From positions 620,001 through 684,000 of the forward strand of contig JAQGDQ010000036.1 of assembly GCA_030141605.1 (NCBI GenBank): DNA of 64,000 nt, in the 5' to 3' direction. The stretch comes from Tubiluchus corallicola. Lineage: Eukaryota; Animalia; Priapulida. Positions 24,257 through 38,150 of this stretch are shown in pieces. Both the position numbers and the translations under genes were made by a program. Within the stretch, counting starts at the first letter, position 1. Every line of letters begins with the position of its first letter. The notes under the pieces were generated by a model. It was not told the DNA's origin. It did no database searches and worked only from the letters and a program-made list of their open reading frames with translations.

Positions 24257-25831
24257 GCTCAAACCTCTAATGTTGATCATTTACAATAAGTTAAGACGAC
24301 GCTTCAAATTTAAAGTTAAAACTGAACGAACCCAACTAATACTGTGGGTTTTTTAAGTATGTTAATCTCTGGCGACTTCAATACTGTATTTATGAAGTTC
24401 ATTTTACTGTCGCAACACCTTCATATCATAAAAGGTAATCTACATTTTGTTGACGTTTCTTGAATTAAAATAAGTAATGAAACCAAAGAAAGTATAATGC
24501 AAGAAGTAGAGCACAGACAAGCAAAGGTCAAATAACTATAAGAAACTCAAAAATGCATCATGCGCATTTTGATTATGCACCATGCTTTACAAAAGAGTCG
24601 TCAGTAAGTGTATTCCTAGCTAACAGACCTGATAAACAAATTATAAAGATGACAGATATCAACATTTGAATACTGGATCTTCCAAAGTATATATTCTGTC
24701 GTATGATTTCCTATGTAGAAAATGGCAAAAAATCTCATTGCATGAAGAATATCAGTAAGAAATCCGTCAGCTTTTATGATAGAATGCACAGAAGATTGCA
24801 TTATAATGTATATCCAAATCACATAAAAAAACGAATTGCTCAAATTGAGATTTATCCAATAATTTACTACTACACTACAATGTATAGCTTGCTCTAACCC
24901 AGTCTTGGAGACACCTCTTTGGAACATCAGTAGACAATCAAAGGAATGTGTAGACAAATAAGTAAAATAATAGTATACTTGATGGTGGCAGATCGGTAGT
25001 TTGTTTGTAAGTACAGCTGGCACATATCTTTCACTGCTCAACAATAACTATTGCTAACAATTATTAATGGTTTGAGAAAAGAGACCTAGCAAAAACTCTT
25101 TCTGAGTGCAGACCATTAAAGCGCTACAGTATTCGAAAGCTCTACAGCATCATTCAAAGTTTTACATTTTTGTTATGCTATACTAAACCTCAAACTAATG
25201 TTAAAATCTAATACAAGTACTTTACGTACTTGCTACTGCAATGAACAACAAATAGGTCTTAAACAAAGTTGTTGGCTCAGCTACCAACAACTAAAGTAAT
25301 CGAAATTGTTAACGAAGTAGCATCATTATTAGTTTAGTTCTCTGAAGATGCTGTAACATAAAGAAGTTAGAAGTTATGTTTAAACTAAACAACATGAAAC
25401 ACACTTTCCAATTACCAAAAAATACGTTACAGTCGTATTTTTTGAGATTAAATTCTGCACGAGCTTCCAAATATTTAATATTGCATTGATACAGGTCTAC
25501 AGGCTCATAATAAATGCTAAGAGCAGACGAGAAATTGTTTTTAAAGCTTAAAAACGGAGTTTGAGTTGTCAGCAAGTAACATGATTTGAAATGTTGAAAA
25601 CATCAATACTGGCAACTGAATAGAAGGCAAACTTTCACCAGTCAATTACGGCAAAGTTTAGCGAAACTATAAATAATATTTTCTGTTTGACAGTGAATAC
25701 TGGATATGTTTTCAATAGTGTTCTGGACATTGATGAATTCGTATATAAATGGATCGGTAACTGAAGTACATATTGAATGTTTAAGTCAAATTGGATACAG
25801 AAAAACACCAAATCACTAAAATTTCAAAGTA

Positions 25832-25837
25832 TTTATT
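25832..25837 (-). terminator. Candidate polyadenylation signal of DNAJA2
   Basis: AATAAA on the minus strand about 360 nt after the stop, followed by a T/G-rich stretch. Confidence 0.45.
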
Positions 25838-26195
25838 CAATTTTGTTTATGTTTCCATGAAATTGCTGTTCAGGAAAATCAAGGAGAAATTTCAGGACAA
25901 AAGGAAAGTGAATTATCATCACTTAAACATACGTGTGGCTACAAATTAGTGCGCAATCAAAACAATCAAAGGCAAAATGCCTTTTGTTCATTAAAGACAT
26001 TGCAGTACTGATCTCGCAGTATATTTTACCCTAAAGAGACCCCAAAATCGTGTTTAAGTGAACACACAATTCTGTTGGCAAAACCTAAACTTAAAAAACA
26101 AAGAATCGTGCTTAAAAGTAAATATTTAGTTATGGTATGTACGTTTTTAACAGATATACAATTACAGTCCCAATTTTTAAGTCTATTTTCTAATG

Positions 26196-29100
26196 CTATT
26201 GATGTGCACAAGCAATGCCAGGTCCACCACCATGCATATCACCCTCTTCATCCTCATGGTAAGCCTCCCGATAGCCGCTACCTTCACCACCTTGCTCGTG
26301 TGGGTTGTAGTCATGAAGATTAACTTCTTCCACGTGTTCTCCTTCAGGTGCTACAAATCGAGGGCGCTTTGGCAAAAAATTTTCTAATGCCTAAAAAATT
26401 AAATAGGCTTTGATGTTCAGTTATTCACTTAAAAACAGCAAAATGAGGTGATGAAGCAAATTGCTATTTCTAGTTAGACTTGATACATTAATTACATTCT
26501 TCTCACAAATGAGCCAATATGATCATAAAGAAAATGTTTGCATACACTCAGAGAATATAGTAAAACAGTCGAAGTGAACTAGAAGTACTTACAAGACAAT
26601 ATACATAATGCATTGCCAGGTTTTTAGGAAAAACATTTTTCTGACAATTTTTTGCCACCAATTACTTGAAAACTTTTTGAGAAATTTGCATTGAAAAATC
26701 GCATTTTCTTACATCCAACATTGCATCTTTGTTTTTATGGCAAAAAAAGATAAAAAGGAAACAAAATGAGGATAGCATGAAACACCCTTTTGCTAACTGA
26801 CAAAAATAATTTAGAAAAAAATCACTCTGATAAACCTATATTGCTACCTAGCATGTTAATCATTCTATAAGTTACTAATTCTAATCTAAATATTATAATA
26901 CGTCATCATTATTCTTTGTAACAATGTGCATACCTTTAACTGGGCTTCATCACCAAATCCATTTTCTGGAAACTTGATATCAAATCGGATGTGTAGATTG
27001 CCTTTATCGAAAGGATGTTTATACATTGGCATACCTTCATTTTCTACACTCATTACACTACCTAAAAATTGAATATCAAAAGAAGAAATATTAAGTCTGC
27101 TGCTTTAAGAAAAATGAAAATGCAGTATATAAAACTCGGCAATAACTTGCTGCTACAGAATCTCAGGCTTATATGCACGTAAACACTAAAACAATGTTGG
27201 CAAATTACAGTTGATTCAAATGAATTTGTTGACCTTTAAACCATGAACTATTATAATGCTTGACAAACGCACATGCCATCGTCACGTAACCTAAAATCGT
27301 GAAAACTAATTAGCCACAACGAGCGTGCCCTGGTCGCCGAATTATGGCAATTCTAGACAATTTCTACAATTTTCTGACCACCATGACTTACAACTAAGAA
27401 AGGTTTCACATTCTATACAAGCAGCAAATAGATACAAACTAAGGGTACTCATTCTAATCTAGACGATATTTTGATTTGAGGATAATAGTGATATATTCTG
27501 ACAGATCCCGTCAACTTCAACTTGAAACTCATCAAAGGATATTTCTGCTTGTCGAAGCGAAGCTATAACTAACTAACAAGCTAATACATATTTCAAAAAG
27601 GAGGGATAGTAGCAAGATACAAATTATGGCTATTTTCTATTAAACAGAAAGTACTGATGTACAGCATGTTTTCTTATTTCTTTAATACATACCATCCAAG
27701 CAACAAGCATTATATGGAATTTAAATAAATAGTATAACGTTTCACACTGAAACTTACCTGGTTTAATAACAGTGCCTGGTTTATTATGTACTACTAGGGA
27801 CCTGTCGTCGAGGTGTTTTACCAAAAACTGACCGCCACAAAGTGCCTCTGCTAGACTAATTGTGTGTGTCATCCATAAATCATGACCGTCACGTTGAAAA
27901 ATTTCATGATCTTTAACCTGAAGCACTATGATTATATCCCCAGGCTCAATGCCAGGCTGAAACAAACACATTTATTTAGCTACTAACACATTTATACACT
28001 AAACTTGTGAGGTTTGTTCAATTAACATTATTATTTTATCATGTAATGTGGGAGCGCATACGAATCTAGGTTTTGCACACGCAGAGATACTTTCCAATGG
28101 TAAAACACCAATTATTGGAAACTGACAGAAAAACAGTTGCACAATACTTGCACAAACTGTAGCAACCGAACAGTTATATCAAGTTGAATACAGGACAGAA
28201 ATTTGATATAAAATTTGAACAATTAACATTCATAGTGCAGATATCAGCAGTAAATATTCAATGCATCAATATGTGTCACTTCAAGCATCCTAAGTATACC
28301 CTAGGCCACATCCAATTAATGTCAATCATCCTCGGTCAAGTTCTGCTGACTGTCCAATCAGCGTGCATTATTTTTGACACACCTGTACAATCTATGTGTG
28401 GCTGTTCTTTTGAGACTTTAGCCGCAGCTATGTATTGCCGGTATACAGGGCTGGCTCTAACTAGTTTGATGCCCTAGGTATAATCAACTCCTTCCATGCA
28501 GTTTCCACCACAATTGCAAAATTAAATTTTTCTTGTATAATACTATAATAAAGTATAATTGTACTTTGTGTTAGGCTTATACATGTATTATAGTGTACTA
28601 ATTATGTGTAGTTTAGTACCTATCTACAGATACTGTTAATTGAGATTGAAGTTGAATTTCAGAAAAATGAAATTTATGTTCAGATCTCTATCACCCTTTT
28701 GGGCAAAAGAGACATTACAATTACAAGCAAGACATGTTTACGAGAAATATGGTAAGCATTAAGTAGGCACAATTAATTATAACTAGTGCAAAAGAAATTA
28801 CAGTAATCTAGTTAAATTCAGACATTTCAGCACTGCCAAATTGTTTAATTCCCTTGGTTTACTAGTTGAGAAAAGCTGTTCATACTTTAAAGTATTAAGC
28901 CTCCTGCTTTAATGACCCCATTGTACAGCTTGGGTCTTAATGAGCAATCAAATTTTTGCAGTTTCCCTTGGCTAGACTTTCCTCAGCCTTCGCATCAGAA
29001 AATTTTGGAACTCCATAACTCCTCTTTTTCAGGTATACATCCATTTCACAATCTGGCTTCACCATCTTCACAACTAGTTGCGCACTTTATTAGCTGTTCA

Positions 29101-32100
29101 ATGTCCACCAGCTTTTTTACCTTTCATTTCCTGTACTCGGCTCCCGAAGATTTAAATTTTTATAGGTTTATCCGCCATAATTAAATAAATGTTATCGTAA
29201 GAAATTTTCTTTATTAAGGGGAAAGATCATTACTATAAGCATTTACACAGTTCTGCTGCTCTGTGCATACAATAGAAAATGTGAGCAAAAGCAGTGGTGC
29301 CTGAGTGAAATCACGTAATCTTAGGAAACCAGATAAGGCAAAAGTAGAAAGTGTTTTGCTGCGGGAACAAACCTCAGCGTCAATAAAGCGTACATTTGAA
29401 CAGGACAATGACGCATATACATAGTTTCATTTAATTTAAATGTTGGGTACTTAGGTAATTATACATACACTAAGTTATTATTACTCCAACTTTAAAAATT
29501 AAAGAATTACTCCTAGAATTTGACGCCCTAGGTAACTGCCTAGTTTGCCCAGCGGTAGAGGCGGCCCTGCTGGTATACGTTATACTGTTATGAAAAACGT
29601 TCAACCTTTCATTAGTTCGCAGGAATTCACTTGATTCTAGATTTTATTACAGATTGTCAATTGCCTGTATTGTCATTTGAAATTGCAAGTGAATTAATGG
29701 AAATGTATAGTTTAATTTCGTCTTTTATAGGAAGAAATGCACAACACCTTCATCTATAAATTCCTGATTAAACCATTTTGCCATCAATAAAATACACAGT
29801 TTACTTTAATTTATGGCTTTGCAAGTTAGATAAAGACAACTATTTGATTAACTAAAAAAATAACCAGTTACCTAATGAAGTTAAACTGATCGTATGACGC
29901 TGCTTTAATGATTGCAAATATCAAACAAATATCAAATAGATTACCTGAACAAAGGTGATGATGAAATTTACAAACTTCAGTATGAAGCCCGAGTTAACAG
30001 GTATAAATGAGTCAAGCCTTCAAGGTTAAATTTCAAGTAAACGTCACAGACTTAGTTGTAATTACCTTTACACAGGTTGTAGACACAGGAATAAGCTAGT
30101 CAGCAATTCAGCAAATCTGTTTAGCTGGTCAAAAGTTATATTATATATCTATGTAATATTAGCATCCGGAAATAGTTAATTTGATACTTAAAATATGTCA
30201 TTGGGACTTATGTAATTCGGGCAGTCGATATAAGAATCGTCTACGGAATGGAATAATCAATTTTATTCCATTTTTGTAACCTAACAAACAACTGATGTAG
30301 AAAAGAATATGTCGCAGGTATGAAATGCTCGTATATTCAAAGGCAAGAAAGGCTTTCGCAAATTCTTTTTATTCCCCATTTGTCTAAAAGCCCTGGCTTA
30401 GTTCCTTTATAATAATGACCTGACTAGGCACTCATGTAACTGATGTCCCAATTTCCAGTCAGCGATAGACCAATGTGCTTGGCGTCAATTTTCTGTAACT
30501 GTTGTTATTCTGATAATTATCAACAATGGCGATGATGATAAATTTTAAAGATTTTATAAAACTAATTCTTCAGTGAAACTTTCTAAAAAATGATCTGCAT
30601 TTCAACAGAGCAACAACAACTATGATTATGGTTAATCCATGGATATCAACCCATACCTGCTGATCGCCTTCACCACGGAAATAAATCTTTTGTCCATCTT
30701 TCATGCCTTTTTCTATATGAACTTCTAACACTTTGGTCTCATTCTTTATTTTTTTACCAATACAGTCTCTACACCTGTCCTTCTCTCTAATAACTTCTCC
30801 TACAAAAATGTAATGAACATGTTAAGTTTATGATTAGTCAGCAAACTCAATAAGATGAATAAGTATTACACTGTGCACATCAGCTTACTTTTACAAAGAA
30901 TAAACTTTAAAGTACAATATCACTCAGTAGAAAGTTAGCACATGAAGACATTGTCAGCAACATAGACTGAAGTTGTTACTTCTTCTGTAATCACTATTCG
31001 TGCTCATCACGGTGACCAAATTTCTTTCGATTAGTGCACTAAAAAAAGTTGGAAGAAGTTTTTTGCAACTTGCTTTAAATTATTAATGGCTAACAATCTT
31101 GAGTTTTGCTTTTCACTTTTTATGAGAATAATAGAGTTGATTTTTTGAATCTCTGGTTAAAACAGCCAGTACGGTACTACGGTTAACGGTACAAATATGC
31201 TAACCATGGTATTTAATTTATTTGGATAGAAAATATCATATTGTCGCCATTGTTTCACTCCGCACACACATGTATGCAAAGCACTCGTAAAAAAACTAAA
31301 ACAAAAATTGTGTGATGTTAAAAAAGAAGCTGTTAAAACAATTTCAAGGCTAGGTGGACTGCGTAATTTTCATTGCTTTCTATACTAAAGTAAAAAATTA
31401 TTTGACGTAGGAGTACCAATCAAGGAAAACAGAAAAACAACTGCCTTTACTATTGACATGCTTATAAATTACAACCTTCTCCACCACAGTCAAAACACGG
31501 CGATTGAATCTGTTGTACCATGCCAGGACCAAGCTGTCTAAGCTGTACTTGAATGCCTCGACCGTGACATTTAAAACAGTCAACCACAGCACCAGGTTTT
31601 CCTCCTTGGCTGAAAAATGATATGAAAGATGATGATCAGAACATGGTCCCTACAGTAATATATCATTTATTTGGACTTATGAGGCAGACGCCTAAAAAGA
31701 CGCTTCTACTTCTAGATATAATCATTACAGTAGTATTTTTCTTGTCATAATATTTCCATAAATTGTATATGTTTCATTTCAAAATAAAGTACTTGCTATA
31801 TTTCCATATACAAACTTGAAAACAACAAAATACAAAACTAACTATAAAATATTAACTTTAAGTTCACAACCAATTGCTCTTAGATCCTAATGTAAAGCGT
31901 AATGTAGGTAAAAACATAATGCATGCCATGACCACTAATAATTGGAGTATCACACCTTCCACATCTGGCAAGTATTAATGTCAACTATAAAACAAAATTA
32001 AAACCAATATTAAAATTTGATAAAATGAGTAAATGTCAGTCATCACTTTTGTAATACACGATCACAAACAATACATACCCGTGACAGGAAGGACACATAA

Positions 32101-35100
32101 CCTTTTTGTTAAGCTGTAATTTTGCTGTTTTCCCATTATATAGATCTTCTAATGTCACTCTAAACAATTAAATTCAGAAACATTTTTGATTTTGTAATGG
32201 CAAGCCTGTCAAAAAACACACGTTACACAAACAAAAAACAATAAAAGCGGCATTTTCTATACCATAGTGAATTCTGGGCCTGCACTCTGCAAAAAATAAA
32301 AGCTAAATTGCAATATTTCCCACATATATTCTAGCATAACAATACCTCAGATATCCACTTTGTAAAAAAATGTAACTTTAAATGAACATCGAAATTAGGA
32401 CTTGGGAATACACATTTTGCATTTAATTATTGTCAGACCTTTCCATTCATATGAAATAACTAATTCAGTGCCATGCACAAGATCTCCGTACTTTCTGTCA
32501 CCTATGAACAGACAAAGATATTGTGCCAAGTGCTCGAGAATATTAACTTTTAACCTAGAAAGACGTACTCAAGGTAACTAAGCAACAGTCAAGATCTGCC
32601 CACTTTTAAGTATTGTAAGTAGCAATAATACGCTTGTGTAATATTCTTATACATTCCATATCATTCTGCCACATTACTGTTTTTGTCTCCTCATTATTGT
32701 CCACTGTTAAGCATTTTAAGGTTTCTTACTTCATATAGACAAAAAGAAATCAATAGACTAATATTTTACTATTTCACAGCAAAATATAAAATACCATGTT
32801 TCCAATACATAAAAGTTAAAGGTAATTACCGTAAAGGATGCAGTGTGTCTTGTCCGCGAGTCCGACGAGGTCGTCTACCGCCCATGCCTCCAAAACCACC
32901 AAATAATCCTCCTCCGAATATGTGGGAAAACAAATCGTCAGCAAACAATCCTAGTTAAAAGCACGAAAGTTTAGTATGAAATGCAAATTACAATTAGAAA
33001 TTAAAGCATGCTCTTTACTGTAAAATTAAAGTGAAAATTTGATACTAATAATTTAAAAATAGAACTGAGTTCCAGTACGTGTACAAGTAACAACATCAAC
33101 AGTTACTATTAATGAGAATCCAGAAAAAAGCTTTTGCTTTAGTTTAAATAATGCAAATGTTGCAGTGCAATACCATATAGAATCACAATCTCCTTCACGA
33201 TAAAGCTCAAAACAACTACAGTTTCATTTCGTAGCCAGCTGTCTGCTATAATTTCTAATATCAACAAAGGTAACCCAAACAAAGGGAATTACAAAAATCG
33301 ATAACCCATTAGATAATTTTAAGTGATTTCTAAAGTCAAGCATTAATGCTATATACATTTACATAGATAATTTACATTTACAGACAGAAATATACCACAT
33401 TAAAACAACATTTCTCCTATACTGTTTTTGCATTCTGTGACTAAACTAAAAAACTTTAACTTATATGCAAAGTCAGAATGAATTAAGGTTAAAAGTGACA
33501 TACTATTTTAGCAATAAAACAGCAGGATTTACATTAAATACCAAAACTAGATTTAAAATAAATTGATTAAAATTAATTGGTAGCATAACAATGAAAAAAA
33601 CTGGGAAATGAGACAATGGAAAGTGATCAAACGGTTACTGACTGAAAGTGTAAGCAAATTTTACCAGAGTGGTCACTTCCACCTTCTTGCAGACCTTTTA
33701 ACCCATACTGATCATATATACGTTTTTTCTCTGCATTCGAGAGAACATCATAGGCAAACGATATTTCTTTAAACTAAAAAAATATGTATAATGTTGAATT
33801 ATTAGTTCAGTTTCACTTGCTCTTAGCTGGATGGGCGCACGACTGCACTTCCTCATAGGTACTAAATATAAGTAAAAGAGTTGTTATAACAAGGTGAGAA
33901 ATTCATTAACAGCAACATTAAAAATCACTATAAGTTATAAGTTATGTTATATAAGTTACATCAACCATAGAATAAAAAATGAGATTTACAAAAACAAATA
34001 GATCTCACATTTACAGCTCACAAATGTTTCTTGGTGTTTTCTTAAAAACTGATATTTTTTGCACTCTGATGAACTAAAGTATCACTTGCAGCATTAAACA
34101 AAGTATTAGGCTATTTGTTAAACAAAAATCATCAATTATCCTTGAAAGTCATGGCCTGACCTACATGCATAACACTCCAATGACGGTACCATTTTCGATA
34201 ATCTATACATCAAACAAAGGTCTGGACCCACAGATTTGCCATTGGGGGTTCATTTTTCAAATTGGGTCCACCGGGAGGAATGGGGGGGGGGCAAAAAACC
34301 TAAAATAATGGCCTTTTTTGCGAAAATTTGCAAAATTTATACCTCTTATTTCTAGAGAACGGGAACGTGTGGGAAGCGGAGCCAGTAATGGCTAGATAAG
34401 CTCATTCAATGGTGGGTGTTATAGTCATATTTAGATTTTGCGGAAGGGCCACTAATACCCGCTACGGGATTTTCCCGGACCCATCCACACAAATTTTGCA
34501 GAAAATATCGGAGGGGTGATAGGGTGTGTCTAGTGTTGGTGGAGTGGTGTAGGTGGTGTGGTATAGTGTGGTCTGGGTGGAGGGGTGTGGGTGTTGTGGT
34601 GGCGTAGTAGGGTATGTGTGGTGTGTTGTGAGAGGTGTGGTGGGTGGTTGTGTGGTGTGGTGTGGGTGGTTGGTGTGGTGCGAGTTGTTGTAAGTTTATG
34701 CGCAAAATTCTTTTTGCGGGGTTTGCCTAGAGCAAAATTAAACCTCACAACACTTTCAACACAGATCAAACGTTTCTGTGAAATAGTATAAAATCCAACA
34801 TATATATCTGTTGCTAGTTTTTACCTTAGGCCGTTGTAATAGACTAGATGAAATAAACAAGCTAGAAGAACATGAATTCTGATGTTGCATGAACAGAATT
34901 AAAATATTAGATATTGTGGGTTCATTTCGAGGATCAGCTGCAAACACACATATAAAATGGGCCTTCAAACATTTATCATTTGAACATTTCAAACGACCAA
35001 CAATGGTTAGTATGTTACAAAATGTGTACTCACAATCTCGCCATTTTCAGGATTTTTGTCTGGATGATATTCTTTTGCCAATCTGCGGTAAGCCTGAAAT

Positions 35101-36630
35101 AAAATTCGTGCGTAGAGCTCATACATAATTTACACATATAAGGTACATCAAACAAACTGTTCCTGTAGATTTTCTTACGACTACATCAGTATTTTGCACA
35201 TGGCACATGTTGAGACTGTGACACATGAGTACCAAGACTGATGCAAATAATAAATTTTCACCAAATAATACAGGTAAGGGTGAAGTTTGCTAGTTTATTA
35301 TAAATGCTAGTCTGTTTGTCAAACTATAAATGAAAATTTGGCATAGAAAACTGTTGCTCCAGACTCACTTCTACCAACTGCAAATAGAAAGTTGGTAGAA
35401 AGGAATATAGGGCAATAATTTTAATTAAAACATTGCAAATCTGAGACTATATCTACAGTATATAGAAGTAATAAAATGACTATATAATTTCATCACTAAA
35501 AAAGCTTCAAAAATATCTAAACTGCAGGAATGTACCACTAATCTGTAGTCATTTCCTTTTGGCACCGGTTGCTTGAATTAGACTGCTAAATTTTTAACAA
35601 GCAAAAGCACCAGGGGTAACTTTTTTGAAACATTACAGTTTTGCACATTACAATTTTGCACAAGTTGCCTCAGAGACGACTAAACTGATTTGAAACCTGG
35701 CAAAATACAAATTCCATATGAAATTCCACACTTCAAGAACATGTAAAATTTACAACCATCACGCAATAGTACAGTTTACACTGTTTACTAGGTACCACAA
35801 CAATCAGTGTTTCTAGCAAGCAGTTTCCAATCATATTCGATTTTCAGCATCAAAAATATTCTTGATTTGTTATGACCAACTTCCACTTACAAGCCTAGGG
35901 ACTGAATAATATGAACAGGAGACTTAATCAACCAGTAATTTCCTGAGAAATTAACTGAAATGAAACCATAAATTTGTATCAATCTTTTACTTGTGTAATT
36001 TGCTTGGAATGATGTGTTGCAAAAAGATCATTTCGCAAAGCCAGCTTTAAAGTTAAATTTGCAAAACTTTAGAGCACAATTTTTTCGAGTTCACAGCAGA
36101 AGACTAAGAATGACTAGAAGAACTTAATCTAATTTATGCTAAATCTTAATTAATTTAAGTAATTAACCTAAGCCAATACATATATTTATAAACATATGTG
36201 GTATGTTTTTGGCCTTGGCCTTGGAATTCAATTCTTATTTTTCTAAATTTTACTTCTGGTGGGGATTCCGGGGAACTCAAACTATGCTTCTTCGATACGT
36301 AGTTGGGTTTCACTTCAATAACTGTAGCCGAAACTGGATAAGATTTGTTTCGGCTGGTTTTGCAATTATGTTGTAACAGGATGTGCCCAACTATATACAG
36401 GATACCTACTTAGTGTTGAAATGAATGTCACTGTCAGTGTCAATAATCAAAGACAACAGTATCAACTGGCATGTGAGTTCATACAACCTCTCAAAATACA
36501 TTGGCTTATGAATATATAAAAAGCATTGTTCTTAAAAATTGCAAAATGACCATACACTAACCTTTTTTATATCTGAATCACTTGCATTTGGTGAAAGTCC
36601 TAGAACTTCGTATAATTGAGTCTCTGCCAT
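26196..36630 (-). CDS. DNAJA2: DnaJ homolog subfamily A member 2 (type I Hsp40), 412 aa; exons 36630-36562, 35093-35034, 33773-33665, 32950-32830, 32159-32079, 31609-31476, 30799-30657, 27956-27758, 27061-26934, 26390-26196
   Basis: Ten GT-AG exons with compatible phases sum to 1239 nt. J domain [38 protein letters not shown]; G/F region; four CxxCxGxG repeats ([32 protein letters not shown]); C-terminal Caa[10 protein letters not shown], the CAHQ ending typical of DNAJA2. An extra in-frame ATG at 36633 is possible. Confidence 0.96.
28446..29569 (-). mobile_element. Non-autonomous hAT element in DNAJA2 intron 7
   Basis: TIRs CAGGGCTGGCTCTA / TAGAGGCGGCCCTG; 8-bp TSD CCGGTATA / CTGGTATA (7/8); internal minus-strand remnants SSGAEYRK and [13 protein letters not shown] resemble hAT transposase ends. 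Confidence 0.82.
34515..34680. repeat. GT/GGT-rich low-complexity tract in DNAJA2 intron 2
   Basis: Degenerate (GTG/GTGTG)n; source of His/Thr/Pro-rich spurious ORFs. Confidence 0.85.
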
Positions 36631-36849
36631 CATAATTGAGCATCCAAAGAAATCTAACTGCAAAAGGCGCAACTTACAAAATTTGCGTGCATTCGGCCTA
36701 GATTCATATCCATGGTCCGTGCATTGAACCATAGTAAACATCTTGAAAATTATTATAAAGTATCATAATAATGATTTGCGGTCTATCAATAGTCAAATGA
36801 CATTAAACCTAAAGTACCGTCCACTGACCGCCGCTAAACTATGTTCTTT

Positions 36850-37110
36850 TGCTACTACTGTCCATGATGAAGAATCTTTAAAAACTAAAGAGGTTTTTTC
36901 AGGTCTTTTGTGTAAGATCCATTTACCTCTTCTAGGCTTCTTTGACAGTTGAATTGATTTATGGAAAGCTTTAATAAGTGGCCTACTTCTGGTAATCTCA
37001 GAGAATAACTCTGTTGTCTTCCATTTTCCGTTTTTCTTCCTTGACCTTGTCCTACACATTCTTGTTTCTTATAAAATTTTGTCCATTTCAATCAGCATTT
37101 TCAAAATCTA
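36850..37110 (-). mobile_element. RTE-type LINE 3' fragment just upstream of DNAJA2
   Basis: Frame-hopping reading LKWTK..IRNKNV..LRLPE-SRPLIKAFHKSIQLSKKPRRG resembles the RTE ORF end and the region 40430-40620. Confidence 0.5.
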
Positions 37111-37402
37111 CGATTAAATTACACTCATGCTTACTTAAAATTCAAGCAGCTTACAAACCTGGTTGTTAGGTGTAATTATGTAAAAGTCGTAGTTAGCAAT
37201 ACGTAAACTTAAGGCTGTACGTGCACCAGCATGAGGGGTGCAGGAGGGCAGGGTCGTTGAAGGGAAATCAACAATCAGTGAGATGTTTTAATAACCCTTT
37301 TAAATGTCTGCGTTAATAAATTTTTGTAATTAAATTATGCAGATGTTATTAATTTAAATTGCTCTTACCTGATTAAATCAACCTTGCATAACGTAGTTAC
37401 AT

Positions 37403-37775
37403 TGGGGGTGAGCATCGATCATTCAAGTTTGAAAGGTTTGAATTCGATTAGCAAGAGTTTTTTTAGGTGGGATTCGATTCGAACCTAATAATAAGTTTGA
37501 ATAATTCAGTACTTTGACTGTATACAATATTTAGTCGTAAAACATTTGAAACATTATGCAATCAGCACAATTTACCTTTGATTATTAGAGTTTTTACTGC
37601 AGAAGGAAACTGAGTATTAATGTGCATAATCTTTGTGAGACTCTTTTTACTAATGTTTCGAAAAACCTTAAAGTGGGATTCAAATTTGATTCGAATTCAA
37701 TACTCGGTTTGATTTGAGCTCAAAAGTCGCAAATTCGATTCGAATTCGCTTTCTTGCAGAGAATGCTCACCCCTA
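37403..37775. mobile_element. hAT-like MITE, TAGGGGTGAGCAT family (TTCGA-rich)
   Basis: TIRs TGGGGGTGAGCAT / ATGCTCACCCCTA; internal sequence shared with 60083-60500 and, in reverse, 2923-3070. Confidence 0.78.
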
Positions 37776-37785
37776 ATGATGAAAG

Positions 37786-38150
37786 TGTTGTGGAGATCCA
37801 CTAGAATCGTTCTATAGTATATTAGAACCAACCTTCTTACCTTATAGAAGCAGTCGAAGTTTCGAGAACTTCCTATACGCGATGCGCGTAGTAGTTTCTA
37901 GATTGTTCATTGCACTGATATATAAAGCGTAACTGGCCACTCAAGTTTATCCTCATATTGTCGTATTCTCAGATTAATCTCAGATTCTCGCTTTCTCGCT
38001 TTTACATTTCCAGATTATCACTTGGCTGTACATATTTTGCGTTCCTTCATAGTTTTGGGTTGTAGAATTCTCGCATAATAAACTAATTTAATTTGATGAC
38101 GTGTTTTCTGGTTTTCTCTACGAGCCGTCCGAGAGAAACAAAACACAACA
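37786..38150 (+). mobile_element. Solo LTR (365 bp) with perfect 5-bp target-site duplication
   Basis: GAAAG|TGTTGTG ... CACAACA|GAAAG: 7-bp inverted termini TG..CA, TSD GAAAG on both sides, internal TATATAAAG (about 37919) and AATAAA (about 38076) in the LTR-typical order. Confidence 0.88.
37855..37874. promoter_or_regulatory. Heat-shock element (nGAAn x3 plus a degenerate fourth unit) within the solo LTR
   Basis: cGAAgtTTCgaGAActTCCt matches the HSF consensus; a second degenerate site TTCtaGATtgTTC lies about 40 bp downstream, just upstream of the TATA box. Confidence 0.55.

Noticed and set aside
24616-25044. 142-aa minus-strand ORF
   Set aside because: No recognisable domain, non-ATG start, AT-driven composition; probably downstream or 3'UTR sequence of DNAJA2.
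34406-34791. His/Thr/Pro-rich and Val/Trp-rich ORFs
   Set aside because: Arise from a GT-rich low-complexity tract inside a DNAJA2 intron.
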